Shown: one piece after another, positions 17,510 to 29,411 of the stretch
How positions within the stretch are numbered: the first letter of the stretch is position 1
Layout: each line of letters begins with the position of its first letter
DNA from: Octopus vulgaris
Lineage: Eukaryota
Assembly: GCA_951406725.2 (NCBI GenBank)
Contig: OX597814.1
Span: forward strand, 175,708,001-175,772,000
Direction: 5' to 3'
DNA length: 64,000 bases
The notes under the pieces: model-generated
What the model was told of the DNA's origin: nothing
Database searches by the model: none
Seen by the model: the letters and a program-made list of their open reading frames with translations, nothing else
Program-made: the position numbers and the translations under genes

Positions 17510-18685
17510 TATGTGTGTGATGGACTCTCCCGTCGCGTTTAGACGTACGAAGATCTGGCAACCTACTCTTTCTTTGCCAGTCATAATGCTTATGGCGAAA
17601 GTGACATTTAAGTAATGCCAACAATTTGCAAAGAAGCCCACAGATGTTGCAAGTATGAGAATTACAGGTCAGAGCAGGTGTTATATTTACAGTCGCCTTT
17701 CTCCTTTGCCTTGCACCCCGAAGCCTGTTAATGCTGGTTGCAACAAAGTTTCTTATACCATTTTGACACAACAATCTCCATTTTGTTCGCTCCAAAGCTG
17801 TTTGATCAAAGGTATTGTGAGCTATATTGACTATTGAGAGGTTACTCTTCAGCTTCTTCTTAGATATGAGCCATGGTCTACCAACATTCCTGTACCCACT
17901 ATCAAGCTAGTTGTACATGAAGACTTTGGGTATTCTCTCATCATTCATTCTGACGACATGGCCAGCCCAGCACAACTGTGACTGCATAAGGAAGCTCTTG
18001 ATTCCACCAATCTTACACTTGCTAAACCGATCGGCATTAGAAACTCTGTCTTTTAGTGAATATCTGCAGATTGTCCTGAGACAGCCTTTGGGGAAGACGT
18101 CTAGTTGGTTAATGCGCCGTATATAGGATGTCCACGATTCTGAGCCATACAAGAGAGTAGTAAGAATGGCATCTTTATAGACCTGTACTTTGGCGTTAAG
18201 TTTGTTGCCCCATTCATTTCATAAGCGATGAAGGGGTTTGCCAAATGCGTTGGTTGCTTTTGCAAGACGGTTAACGATTTCACCATCAAGGGAAGCGCTC
18301 GTGTTCACTTTCCTACCAAAATATGAAAATGACTCCATATATATTTCTTTACTACCCACAAGGGGCTAATCACAGAGGGGATAAACAAGGACAGACAAAC
18401 GGATTAAGTCGATTACATCGACCCCAGTGCGTAACTGGTACTTAATTTATCGACCCCGAAAGGATGAAAGGCAAAGTCGACCTCCATATACTTTAGGTTT
18501 CTCCCATCAACCTGTATAGGAGTGTCAGGGAAATTGTGAACCGGTGACCTCAGCTTGACACATCGAATTTGCTTAGGAGTAGGACAACGTTGGTGGATCA
18601 CTCCCGTCTTCTCTATGCTGATGGTCAAGCTAAAGACTTTACATGCATCAGAAAACCGGTCTAGAAGTTTAGTAACTTTCTTTAT
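17510..18685 (-). mobile_element. RTE-clade LINE 3' relic
   Basis: YGSESW, CLRTI and WAGHVVRM..RIPK motifs; C-terminal C-x2-C/H motif; frameshifts and stops. Confidence 0.88.
18342..18481 (-). mobile_element. 5'-truncated family B SINE inserted in the RTE
   Basis: TSD ctccatata at 18333-18341 and 18482-18490; removing it restores NLKYMESFSYFG. Confidence 0.9.
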
Positions 18686-18958
18686 GTGGAATCGCGTGAC
18701 GAAACAAATTATGTTGCTGTATTCTGGGAGATTCATACAGCCAATATGACACATGCATCAGTTGTATTTCATTTCAGCCTTATAATCAATTAATTAAATC
18801 AATAACCATTAAGTTGATATTAATTAAGTGATTAGTTGATTTGTTAGAGTTCTTTCATCCCGTCCTCTGATCTTATTGGCGACAATTAAACATCCTCTAT
18901 AATATTACACTCACGGTTTGCTTTGCTTTTAGCAGTGTGACCAACGGTCAATTTTTTA

Positions 18959-18961
<3 letters not shown>

Positions 18962-19015
<54 letters not shown>

Positions 19016-19069
19016 GTATATCCATATATGTAAGTACGTATGCAGGTATGCGGTATACACACATACAAA

Positions 19070-19100
<31 letters not shown>

Positions 19101-19224
19101 CACATATATATGCATGTATATATATGCGCATACGTATGTTTCTATGTGTATATATGTACGTGTGTGTATGTGTGTGTGTGCGTGCATGTGTGTGTATATC
19201 TATGTGTGTGTGTTTGTGTGTGTT

Positions 19225-19278
<54 letters not shown>

Positions 19279-19290
19279 TGTGTGTGTCTA
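18962..19290. repeat. Compound (TA)/(CA)/(TG) microsatellite
   Basis: Direct reading. Confidence 0.95.
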
Positions 19291-20384
19291 TCACATCATG
19301 TACAAAATTGAAGTTTTCTTTGTGGATTACACCTACAGCGTTAGCTTCTTAGTGTCCAATCCGGATTGGTCTCATTAGATGCACCCCTGTTTGGTTACTC
19401 ATCGGAGAACAAGTAACTGCGTTTTCTGCCCATTGAAAGATTATTAGTTCCTTATTGCTAATGTCGAAAAATACGTTCTGTAATTTTTTATGTACTTTAA
19501 TTACGTTAAGAATAGACTGACAAATGGCTAAATAGACCCAGAGGGGTATTTTGGGATATTTCAGAACTCCTACAATAGCGGCGTTTTCCCCGCATTAGAA
19601 TGTCACACTGAATATCGGAAATATATCTGAAGTTACCTGTAGCTGTTCTGTCTCATCTTTTTGCCATTCTGGTTCTCAGAAAACCTGAATTTTGCCATTC
19701 AGGTTCTCAGAGTTTCCATAACTACAGGAGACATGTAGCTTTCTACTCCTATGATGAAAAACTTGACTAATTTAGTCTCCTTTGCATTCTTAACTGTCTA
19801 TCTAAAACTCGTTGAGAAAGTATTCAGACAGTGGCTACAGAAGATATCGTAAGAAATAAAGCCTCAGATAAATATCCCAGTCATTTTATATGGAAATATC
19901 GAGATGTCAGAGCGTTTGCCATCAGTTCGAGACAAGACAATGTAGAAGGTGTGTCAACGTAGAAGAGGGTTCTTTGGGTAAGTTTATTAACTTGTAATTG
20001 CCGTAGGTATCTGCCTGCGCTTACTGAACAGCTTAAGCTGTGTACTTTATCTTGATTCGCTTAAGTGGAGCCTTTAGACCAAGTGAGAGCGATAAACAAA
20101 GGGAACCGAAGCAAAACAAATGCTCTTGATGTGCAATCCGTCCAATCGTTCTACAAATAGATTGGTGTAAACTCCAAACCTTCTAGCGTATCAAATACCA
20201 ACGCTTCCTAAAATCTACATGACAGGAACTTCATACAGTCTTACCTTAAACATTGTGAATGGTCACGAGATGAAAATTCACTTGAATCAAATATATTACA
20301 CACTAATTCGTTCATACTCATTACTGAGGTTTTTCATATTTAAGTTGGAGCTAGTAGTCCCAGGCAACGAACTTTTTCTTATAT

Positions 20385-20412
20385 GTCTGTCTGCCTGCTT
20401 GCCTGTCTGTCA

Positions 20413-20462
<50 letters not shown>

Positions 20463-20467
20463 GTGTG

Positions 20468-20551
<84 letters not shown>

Positions 20552-20608
20552 GTGTATATATATATGTATATATATATATGTATATATATGTGTATATATA
20601 TATATGTA

Positions 20609-20681
<73 letters not shown>

Positions 20682-20700
20682 GTATATGTATATATATATG

Positions 20701-20733
<33 letters not shown>

Positions 20734-20734
20734 G

Positions 20735-20792
<58 letters not shown>

Positions 20793-20850
20793 CACACACA
20801 CACGCGCACATATAACATATATACACATATATATGAAGAGAGAGAGAGAG
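20385..20850. repeat. (TCTA)n + interrupted (TA)n + (GA)n microsatellite
   Basis: Direct reading. Confidence 0.97.
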
Positions 20851-22076
20851 AGGTAAGAGGGAGAAGGGAGAGAGGGCGATGGAGAGAGAATGATATTCAT
20901 GACAACTTAGTCAAATAACCACAACATAAGAATTGTGTAGAAAACGAAAGAATGTACGTGTTTTGTCTGTTGATTATAATTCACCAGACATCCATCCAAA
21001 CAATGGTTAAGACGGCTGTTTGCATTAAAGTTTCTCGTTGATACTCAAGGCTCAAGCAACTGAGAACAGGGCAGCTGCCAACCGTCATCTGTTATTGACC
21101 ATATTCACCAGGTGCTGTTTATTTATTTACGGAAAATGTAGTCTTTCGGCAGAGATATTTCATTTAAGCTGTCATTCATTAGAGCAGACATTTTCCTTTT
21201 GTGTATTACATCGCTGTAACAATCTACATACATTGTTGCGTATTTCAGGTTTATTATTTATCTAATTCTTGCTTCCTCATAAATTCTTCTTTCTTCATAA
21301 TGGCACAGGATATTTTCTTTGTGTTTTGTGTTCATTCTCTTATCAAGATCTGTTGTTAATTTACTTGTGAATTATTTAGTCGAAAGAATTGGAACTATAT
21401 ATCTGTAGCCTTTACAAGATCTCTCCAACTAACGAGGATAATTCACCTCCATGTCCACTCCAACTTTATCGTGAATTAATTAGAAAAACCAAGTAAGAAG
21501 CCAACCAGGAATGTAGACAGAAATAAAGTTACAGAAAACAAAGTCACAGTAAAATATCACAGTAGCTTGAAAAAAGGGCAAAGAAAAAAAATGTCATATT
21601 TTTTTAAGCACCATAAATAATCGTTTAAGTAATTAAAGAATTGGTATTTTTAGCCGCTTATTAATTGACAATGGTTGACTTGTACATATTGACAACATAA
21701 TTTATATTATGGCTTTACATGTATGTGAATGAAAATTCCTATTTTATTCAATATATTAAATAAATAATGACACATTCACACACATACAAACACACACAAA
21801 CACATACATACACACACAAGCACACACATTCATCCACACATACACACCCACTCCCACAAAACATCAGCCTCAAATCAAGCATTTATTAAAGTCTTCTTGA
21901 GATTTTTATTCTGTGAAATTTTTTATAACCTGGATTGAACTAGGATGCCTCTGTCGTAATTGCTGAACTTACTGAGATCTCCCTTAAATCTCATAGTGCC
22001 GCTAAATTAAATGTAAGGAAAAAGGATCCTTTGGATAATATACTTGTTGAAACGACTGATGATCGTTAATGAAATT

Positions 22077-22263
22077 AAACAATCACAGCGTGGCGGTCAC
22101 ACGTTAACCATTCAAAGACATACAAAGACTGTCAACTTTACTTAATCATTTATTATTCGGTGTTAAACTTTTCAGCGTATCAAATAATAAATATCTGAGT
22201 TAATTTAACAGTCTTTGCGTGCTTTTGAATGGCTAATATGTGTTTTTCATCCTGTGATTGTTT
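22077..22263. repeat. Decayed ~185-bp palindrome (MITE/fold-back-like)
   Basis: aaacaatcacag..ccattcaaa..caaagactgt..tttattatt mirrored by aataataaa..acagtctttg..tttgaatgg..ctgtgattgttt. Confidence 0.7.
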
Positions 22264-22589
22264 TAGTTTCAGTACACGGTCTCAGATCAAATCACTTCCT
22301 TGGCAAGTATACCTCCGTTATTGAAATACTTTCCATTATAGATCGACGCAAGTAGGGCTGATTTGAAGCCAAAGAACAACAGCAACAGCACTGCATAAAA
22401 TTATTAAAAAGAGCCACTATATGGTTGCTCGGTCTGCTAGAAATAGCGATTTAATCTCTCTCAATTCCCACCCTATAAGCGTTAAAAAATGGAAGAGCAC
22501 ACTAAATAATATCGTACGAAAGACTAATATTTAAAGTAAAGACCGAGTGATTAGGGAGCTAAACAACAAAGCACGTAGCTAGAAAAGGG

Positions 22590-23900
22590 ATTTCAAAAGG
22601 TTTCAGTTTTGGAGGGAGTGAAAAAAAAACTGTTTAGTGCGAAGTTAATAGGAGCTGAAACAAAATAGGGTTGACGATTTGAATCCGAATGATGAGGCTT
22701 TAACGATTGGTAAATCATAGCAGTAACAGCCGTTTTAGAACAGGAAAAGGATGAAACAGCATACTGATGGACTAATATTTCTAATGTTATGGTGAGTCTA
22801 CGTCAGTTAGTAGCAGGTATATTTTTTTCATGTAGCCTAAGATGCTGTATGTTCGAATCTCAGACCGGGTGATGAGTGTGTTTATGAGCGAAACACCTAA
22901 GCTCCACGCGGCTCTGGTAGAAGGTAATGGCGAACTTCTGCTGACTCTTTCGTCACAACTTTCTTTCACTCTTTCCTCCTGCATCTTGCAGCTCACCTGC
23001 GACGGACCGGCGTCCCGTCCAGGTGGGAAACCTATATGCCAAGGAAACCGCGAAACCGGCCCTATGAGCCAGGCGTGGCTCGAGAAGAAACAAACAAGAT
23101 GCTGTATGTGTATAGCAGATGCACTGCTCCAAGTATATGAACTGTGCTCTAATGTCTGTCTTCTGTGACTTTTGTAGTCGGGTGGTTTGGAACTGATTAG
23201 AGCTGAAGTATTTTCTAGACTTGATAAGGAAGTTGTATTATTATTATTTTTATTTTTGAGGCAAGTTTGGTAATGTTATGTGTAGTCACAATGAAAAATC
23301 TTAAGACATTGTAGCAGTTGGAGTAGCTTGACGCTGTGTGGAGAGAATGTATGATGAAACGCTATTTTATGGTATGTGTAATGGCCATAATTCGGTGATG
23401 TTGAATAAGAGTAAGTTATTTCCCTGTAAGAGGATATCTTCGAAGTTTATGTTCATAAAAGTGATATATGGCGTTATATGTTTATGGTTGTGGATACTGC
23501 TCGGAGATTATCAAGCAGGGAAGGGTGATATCATCTGAATAGAAGAATTATGTGGTTAGAAGTGAAAAAGAAAATGTGTAAGAAATATAACCGAAATCCT
23601 ACGGCATATCAGAATTGATAGAATGCGGATCAGAGGCCGTTCCCATTAATGCAGACAATATTTGAGTGATATGAAGAGAAGCTATGTCTATCTTAAGATA
23701 AAGATGGAACTTACAGGCTATAATAACTTAATTTGGGAGTTCTCTTGCTAGATACGTTGAAAAATTAATTAAATTTGAGAACAAAACATTGATTTCTATA
23801 AAGAAAGGCGAGAAACCAGTGATGTGTGACCTAAGATAGCAAATTCGGTAGCTGTGGCTATATGGAAGCCATGCTGATAATCACTGCGAACGGAAAATAG
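22590..23900 (-). pseudogene. Highly decayed CR1/L2/Jockey-group LINE RT remnant
   Basis: Minus-strand traces INGTASDPHSINSDMP (like SGVPQG), SDDITL (like YADD) and TLEHSSYTW (like LEYCS.IW), in the expected order. Confidence 0.55.
22853..23095 (+). mobile_element. 5'-truncated family C SINE with TSD
   Basis: Homologous to 43707-43984; aagatgctgtatgt at 22839-22852 and 23096-23109. Confidence 0.9.
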
Positions 23901-24933
23901 GAGATTGGTTATGGTTGTTTCATCATTTTATAGCTAAATAGTAAATAAAATCTGTCTGGAAGAGAAAACTCTACAATCTCGTATGGTTTGTGTTTAGCAG
24001 ACCAGTATTAAAAAGAAAAACAGCATTTTAAGAAAACATTCTGCATTTCAGCCGTGTAATGCAATCAAGTAGACGCTACTTGAAAGTACCAACAATAGGA
24101 GATTGTTTAAAATGTCTGGTTTCACGGCACTTAGTTATGTTGTAACAACGTACAGTATATAAGTTACGAGATCATTAATCAAACATTGTAAGCACAAAAG
24201 CCTTCTTAGTAATGGAAATATCAAAAGAGAGATTAGTTGAGTAAGTTATAATGTAACAAGTCCTTTATAGAAAGCATAAAAGTAGCCAATGTTGTTATAT
24301 ACACATTAAGTTGTTTGTCATAAAACCCTTTTTGAAGGATCTTGTAGCGAACAAAGACACAACAAAAGCATTAAGATTTGCGGTGTGTGGATCTAAAAAA
24401 ATGCATGAAATAAATAAAATAAGAATTAGCAATCCAATATTCAACGCATTCAATCATTTGGCTTTTACAAGTAGCGTTTATTGATCAGGAAAAAGTAATT
24501 CAACATTTGTTAGGATTAACTCTGGATAAATTATAAGGTTAAACTTTTAATCAATCACGTTTCTAGTTTAGAATGTCAAATATTTGATATATCTAGTTTA
24601 CTTCAATTTCGGTTACCTTGAATTCTGAGTTATGTTGTGGTCGGATCAGCAAAAATAAAATAAATGATGGAGACATCAGTCCATATTTAGCACAGAGATT
24701 ATTTTGAATGAATACAATTACGTGTGCAAGTGTGTTAGTGTAGCCGGCTGTAAGTATCGAATGCATCAAAATTCTTCTTTATAATTTGGATGTTTTAATG
24801 AAAATGTTTAAACGTAAAAACCATAAGAGTATTTGAACGACTTATAACTACTTATACCCAAAGGCCGGTATCTGTTCATATAAGCCAGTTTATAATTGAC
24901 GTAGTTGACATTTTGATATTAATTTTGATTTAA

Positions 24934-25137
24934 AGGCGGCGAGTTGGTAGGATTTTTAGCACGCCGGGCGGTATTTCGTCTGTCTTAACGTACTGAGTTA
25001 TAATTCCGCCGAGGTCTACTTTCCCTTTATCATTTCGAGGTCGATAAAATAAATACCAGTTGAGTACTGGGATCAATGTAATCGAATTACCCCCCCCCCA
25101 AAAAAAAAATGCTGGCTTCGTGCCAAAATTTGAAATC
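24934..25137 (+). mobile_element. Family B SINE (short-tail type)
   Basis: ggcggcgag.tgg head, conserved body, gtgccaaaatttgaaa tail. Confidence 0.8.
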
Positions 25138-25717
25138 GATTTTACTTTCGATTTATGTTATATATTTGATATATTTTTATTATTTATTATTGCCTTTTTA
25201 TCCATAGACCTGTGTTCATAAATACATTTAGTTGTTTGACTTTTGAGTGATCAAAAGCACCCACGAATATATTGTACGCATAACATCCACTCGACGTTCC
25301 ATAAGAAATTTAGAAATATAAATTGCAATAAAAGTTAGAGGTAATAATAACAATTGAATTAAATATAGTAAATATAGTAAGTAGTAATTAAATATATTTT
25401 ATTTTATTAAAATGGTAATATAACAATTAAAAGAAAAATAGCAATTAGTATAAAATGTATCAAGGACTTGAACTCGAATATGTGGCTTTGCATGAATGGG
25501 AGAAATTAAAAGATAAAACATTTAATTGAGTGCAGAAGTGAATTAGTCCAGATGGAGCTGTGCGCTTATCATTTACTATAGTTGCTGGATTGAATTATAT
25601 GCTTATAAAGTAGCATTCAGTATCTATGAGAATTTTTGGAAGTACGTAATGTCTGGTCTTTCGCATGTAGCAGGTATGTAATTGTGCATTTGTTTCCGTG
25701 TACTATGTGTTGTGTGT

Positions 25718-25806
25718 AAAAATATCCTGACGAGGGGAGTGTCAATTTTAAATATATGATATGTTTCATATTAATTGGTGCATCTCCGAAACTTTTATGT
25801 ATTTTT
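25718..25806 (+). ncRNA. Decayed hammerhead-like motif with long stem II
   Basis: CTGACGA (25727)-ggggagtgtcaatt...aattggtgcatctcc-GAAAC (25792); aaaaatat/gtattttt flanks could form helix I. Confidence 0.4.
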
Positions 25807-25921
25807 GTAAATTCGTATATTTATCTTCTATGTATTTTTCTCTGGAATTTTAATTCGTCTTTTTAATATGTCATTGTATGTTTTAATACCCCAAATTTTT
25901 AGTTTAACAAATTTATACCAA

Positions 25922-25962
25922 ACTAGCACTATGACCCGGCAACGCCGGGTCATAATGCTAGT
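25922..25962. mobile_element. Helitron-like 3' hairpin, CTAG at both ends
   Basis: actagcactatgacccggc-aac-gccgggtcataatgctagt. Confidence 0.55.
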
Positions 25963-26116
25963 ATATATATGTATAGTTAGATTATATTCTGTTAAGAACC
26001 TAGTAGAGTACTGTATAGAGCTCGTCCACCTTCGTATTTCACCCAGTGGTATCTAACGGTAGTATTTTACCTACTGCCGGATTTGCGTTGGGAATTTTGT
26101 AGTGTGTGATTGGATA

Positions 26117-26546
26117 ATTGAATAAGTTGGAGTCAACAAAAAGGAGTACGGAAAAACATTTACTTGTAATTACTATAATTGTTTCCGCGCAACGTAGTTC
26201 ACCAGGTTCGCAGGTATTTGGTTATGTAACTATTTCCCCGCATTATGAGATCTTCTTGTATTTCATCAGGTGATATATAGATATTGTTTCTGTACTCTGT
26301 AAAATCAAGTTTTCGGCTTCGACCACATCCTTTCTGTCTGTTGTGGCTATGCAAAGTAGTAGTAAACACTCAGTATTTCAAAGTGATATTTATATGTCAC
26401 CTGATTGAAACACAACAAAATCTCATAATACAGGGAAACGGTTCCATAACAAAATACCTGCGAACCTGGAGAACTACGTTGCGTGGAAGCAATTATAGTG
26501 ATAACAAATAAATGTTTCTCCATATTCCTTATTCAACTTATTCAAT
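26117..26546. repeat. ~430-bp imperfect palindrome (fold-back/MITE-like)
   Basis: caacgtagttc.ccaggttcgcaggtattt is mirrored by aaatacctgcgaacctgg.gaactacgttg; pairing extends about 170 bp per arm. Confidence 0.85.
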
Positions 26547-26549
26547 GAT

Positions 26550-26780
26550 ATGTGTGTGTGTGTGTGTCTTTGTGTGTGTCTTTGTGTCTGTGTTTGTCCC
26601 CCCCCCCATCACCGCTTAATAACCGGTGTTGGTGTGATTCGGTCCCTGTAACTGAGAGAATGATAAATTAGAGACTTAAAAAATAAGTCCTGGAGTCGAT
26701 TTGTTCGACTAAAAACCCTTCAAGGCGGTGCTCCAGCATGGTCGCAGTCAAGTGACTGAAACAAATAAAAGAATAAAAGA
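26550..26780 (+). mobile_element. Family A SINE 3' half
   Basis: ggcggtgctccagcatgg..gactgaaacaaataaaagaataaaaga tail. Confidence 0.8.
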
Positions 26781-26899
26781 ATCTAAACAAACGACTGTTG
26801 GTGCGGCAAGATATAATAAACCCAGTCCTTATCCATACAAGTTAAATCAGACTTAAATACCGACATGCATTTACAATACCGCCAGGAAATCATAATTCT

Positions 26900-27301
26900 T
26901 ACTTCTTTATACCCTCAATGGGCTAAACATAGAGGGGCAAACAAGGACAGGCAAAGGGATTAAGTCCACCCAGTGCGTAACTGGTACTTAATTTATCGAC
27001 CCCGAAAGGATGAAAGGCGAAGTCGACTTCAGCGGAATTTCGACTCAGAACGTAACAGCAGACGAAATACCTATTACTTTACTACCCACAAGGGGCTAAA
27101 CACAGAGAGGACAAACAAGGACAGATAAACGGATTAAGTCGATTATATCGACCCCAGTGCGTAACTGGTACTTATTTGATCGATCCCGAAAGGATGAAAG
27201 GCAAAGTCGACCTCGGCGGAATTTGAACTCAGAACGTAGCGGCAGGCGAAATACCGCTAAGCATTTCGCCCGGCGTGCTAACGTTTCTGCCAGCTTGCCG
27301 T
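26900..27301 (-). mobile_element. Family B SINE, dimeric body
   Basis: One head followed by two body/tail units; junction at about 27065-27075. Confidence 0.88.
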
Positions 27302-27734
27302 CCTATAAGCAGTACACTTCCTACTCAAGATATAATCCGTTTCATTTAACTCCATCTCCTAGTTTTTGGTTGCTTTTAAATGGAGTCCACTCAGTTAGTC
27401 TGAGGAGATTATATATCGATATTCACTTGATCCACTACACTATATTGCACTTGGATTTGTTAATGCAATTGCTTGTTGGGGGTACGCGTTGTAGAGTTAA
27501 TTCAGGAAACGAACAGTGTTGGATATGATGAACAACTGGGGATTCTGTCCTATATGTTGGCAAGCCTGCCTGCAAGCAAAGACTTTTAATTGAGTTACTT
27601 ACAAAGATAATTATGGCTAGCAGGAACTCGTAGGTTGTATTTTCTACTCTCTTTATCAAATTAGTCGCGTAGCTTTGCAAAAGTCGTGGAATTGCTCCTA
27701 CACATTTGATTAGACATTTTGAAAAATTCTAACG

Positions 27735-27736
<2 letters not shown>

Positions 27737-27820
<84 letters not shown>

Positions 27821-28338
27821 TACATACACGCACACACATACCTATTTCTTTACTACCCACAAGGGGCTAAACACAGGGAGGACGAACAAGGACAGACAAA
27901 CAGATTAAGTCGATTACATCTACCCCAGTGCGTAACTAGTACTTAATTTATCGACCCCGAAAGGAGGAAAGGCAAAGTCGACCTCGGCGGAATTTGAACT
28001 CAGAACGTAACGGCAGACGAAATACGGCTACACATTTCGCCCGGCGTGCTAACGTTTCTGCAAGCTCGCCGCCTACACGTACACATATACCTATTTCTTT
28101 ACTACTTACAAGGGGCTAAACACAGAGAGGACAAACAAGGACAGACAAACGCATTAAGTCGATTATATCGACCCCAGTGCGTAACTGGTACTTATTTAAT
28201 CAACCCCGAAAGTATGAAAGGCAAAGTCGACCTCGGCGGAATTTGAACTCAGAACGTAACGGCAGACGAAATACGGCTACACATTTCGCTCGGCATGCTA
28301 ACGTTTCTGCCAGCTCGCCGCCTACACGTACACACATA

Positions 28339-28411
<73 letters not shown>
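27737..28411 (-). mobile_element. Two tandem family B SINEs (27841-28073, 28090-28322) inside a (CA)n tract
   Basis: Both have complete heads; a tacacg.acaca.ata spacer occurs three times. Confidence 0.9.
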
Positions 28412-28415
<4 letters not shown>

Positions 28416-29009
28416 AGCCATATACGTAGCAAAATATGTACATCATATATATATCCACTAATCTCAAACCAGACCTGTAACGAGACTATTACTCCCGTTT
28501 GTGCACGATTAATCTTAAAAGGGTTCACATTTTTATAATCTTAATGTTTTAATACACATATACACCGACATTAGAAAGCAATCATTACGCACATTATGGG
28601 ATACATTATAATCACTTGAAAGTAAAATTACTGTTTATTTTTCAGGAAAAAAAAAGCAAGAGAAACTATACCTATATATAATCACTATATATATTGTATG
28701 GATTGGTTTGCATTAACTATTAACTATATAGAGTCTATGACCTATTATATTAATTTAAATTCAACTGAAAAAAAAGTTGGATATGTAAATGTATAAAATT
28801 TTCTTGGTGTCTGGTATGGGGGAATCGATCATAATTTAATAATTTTAAATATATTTATTTTTGGATCCATTACTGAGTAATAATTAATTCCTAGATTTTT
28901 TAATGTAATGACAGAAATATTAATCTTCATGATTTTCTGTAACTAACGTCTAGAAATATAAGTGGAGAGGCTGCTCAATTTTCTGTGGTGGCTTAACCAA
29001 ACCATTTCT

Positions 29010-29411
29010 TATTTCTTTATTGCCCATAATCGGGCTAAACATAGAGGGGACAAACAAGGACAGACAAACGGATTAAGTCGATTACATCGACCCCCAGTGC
29101 GTAACTGGTACTTAATTTATCGATCCCGAAAGGATGAAGGGCAAAGTCGACCTCGGCGGAATTTGAACTCAGAACGTAATTGCAGACAAAATACCTATTT
29201 CTTTATTACCCACAAGGAGCTAAACATAGAGGAGACAAACAACGACAGACATAGGTATTAAGTCGATTACATCGACCCCAGTGCGTAACTGGTCCTTAAT
29301 TTATCGGCCCCGAAAAGATGAAAGGTGAAGTTGAACTCAGAACATAACGGCAGACGAAATACGGCTACGCATTTCGCCCGGCATTCTAACGTTTCTGCCA
29401 GCTCGCCGCCT
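29010..29411 (-). mobile_element. Family B SINE, dimeric body with deletion
   Basis: Junction aaatacctatttc at about 29190. Confidence 0.88.

Larger units (their letters stand above)
16466..18962. mobile_element. ~180-bp inverted repeats (16466-16644 and 18783-18962) enclosing nested TE relics
   Basis: tgaccgttggccacactgctaaaagcaaagcaaa is mirrored by tttgctttgcttttagcagtgtgaccaacggtca. Confidence 0.8.

Noticed and set aside
19659-20200. 22-bp direct repeat and possible old LINE traces
   Set aside because: Motifs are too degraded to support a call
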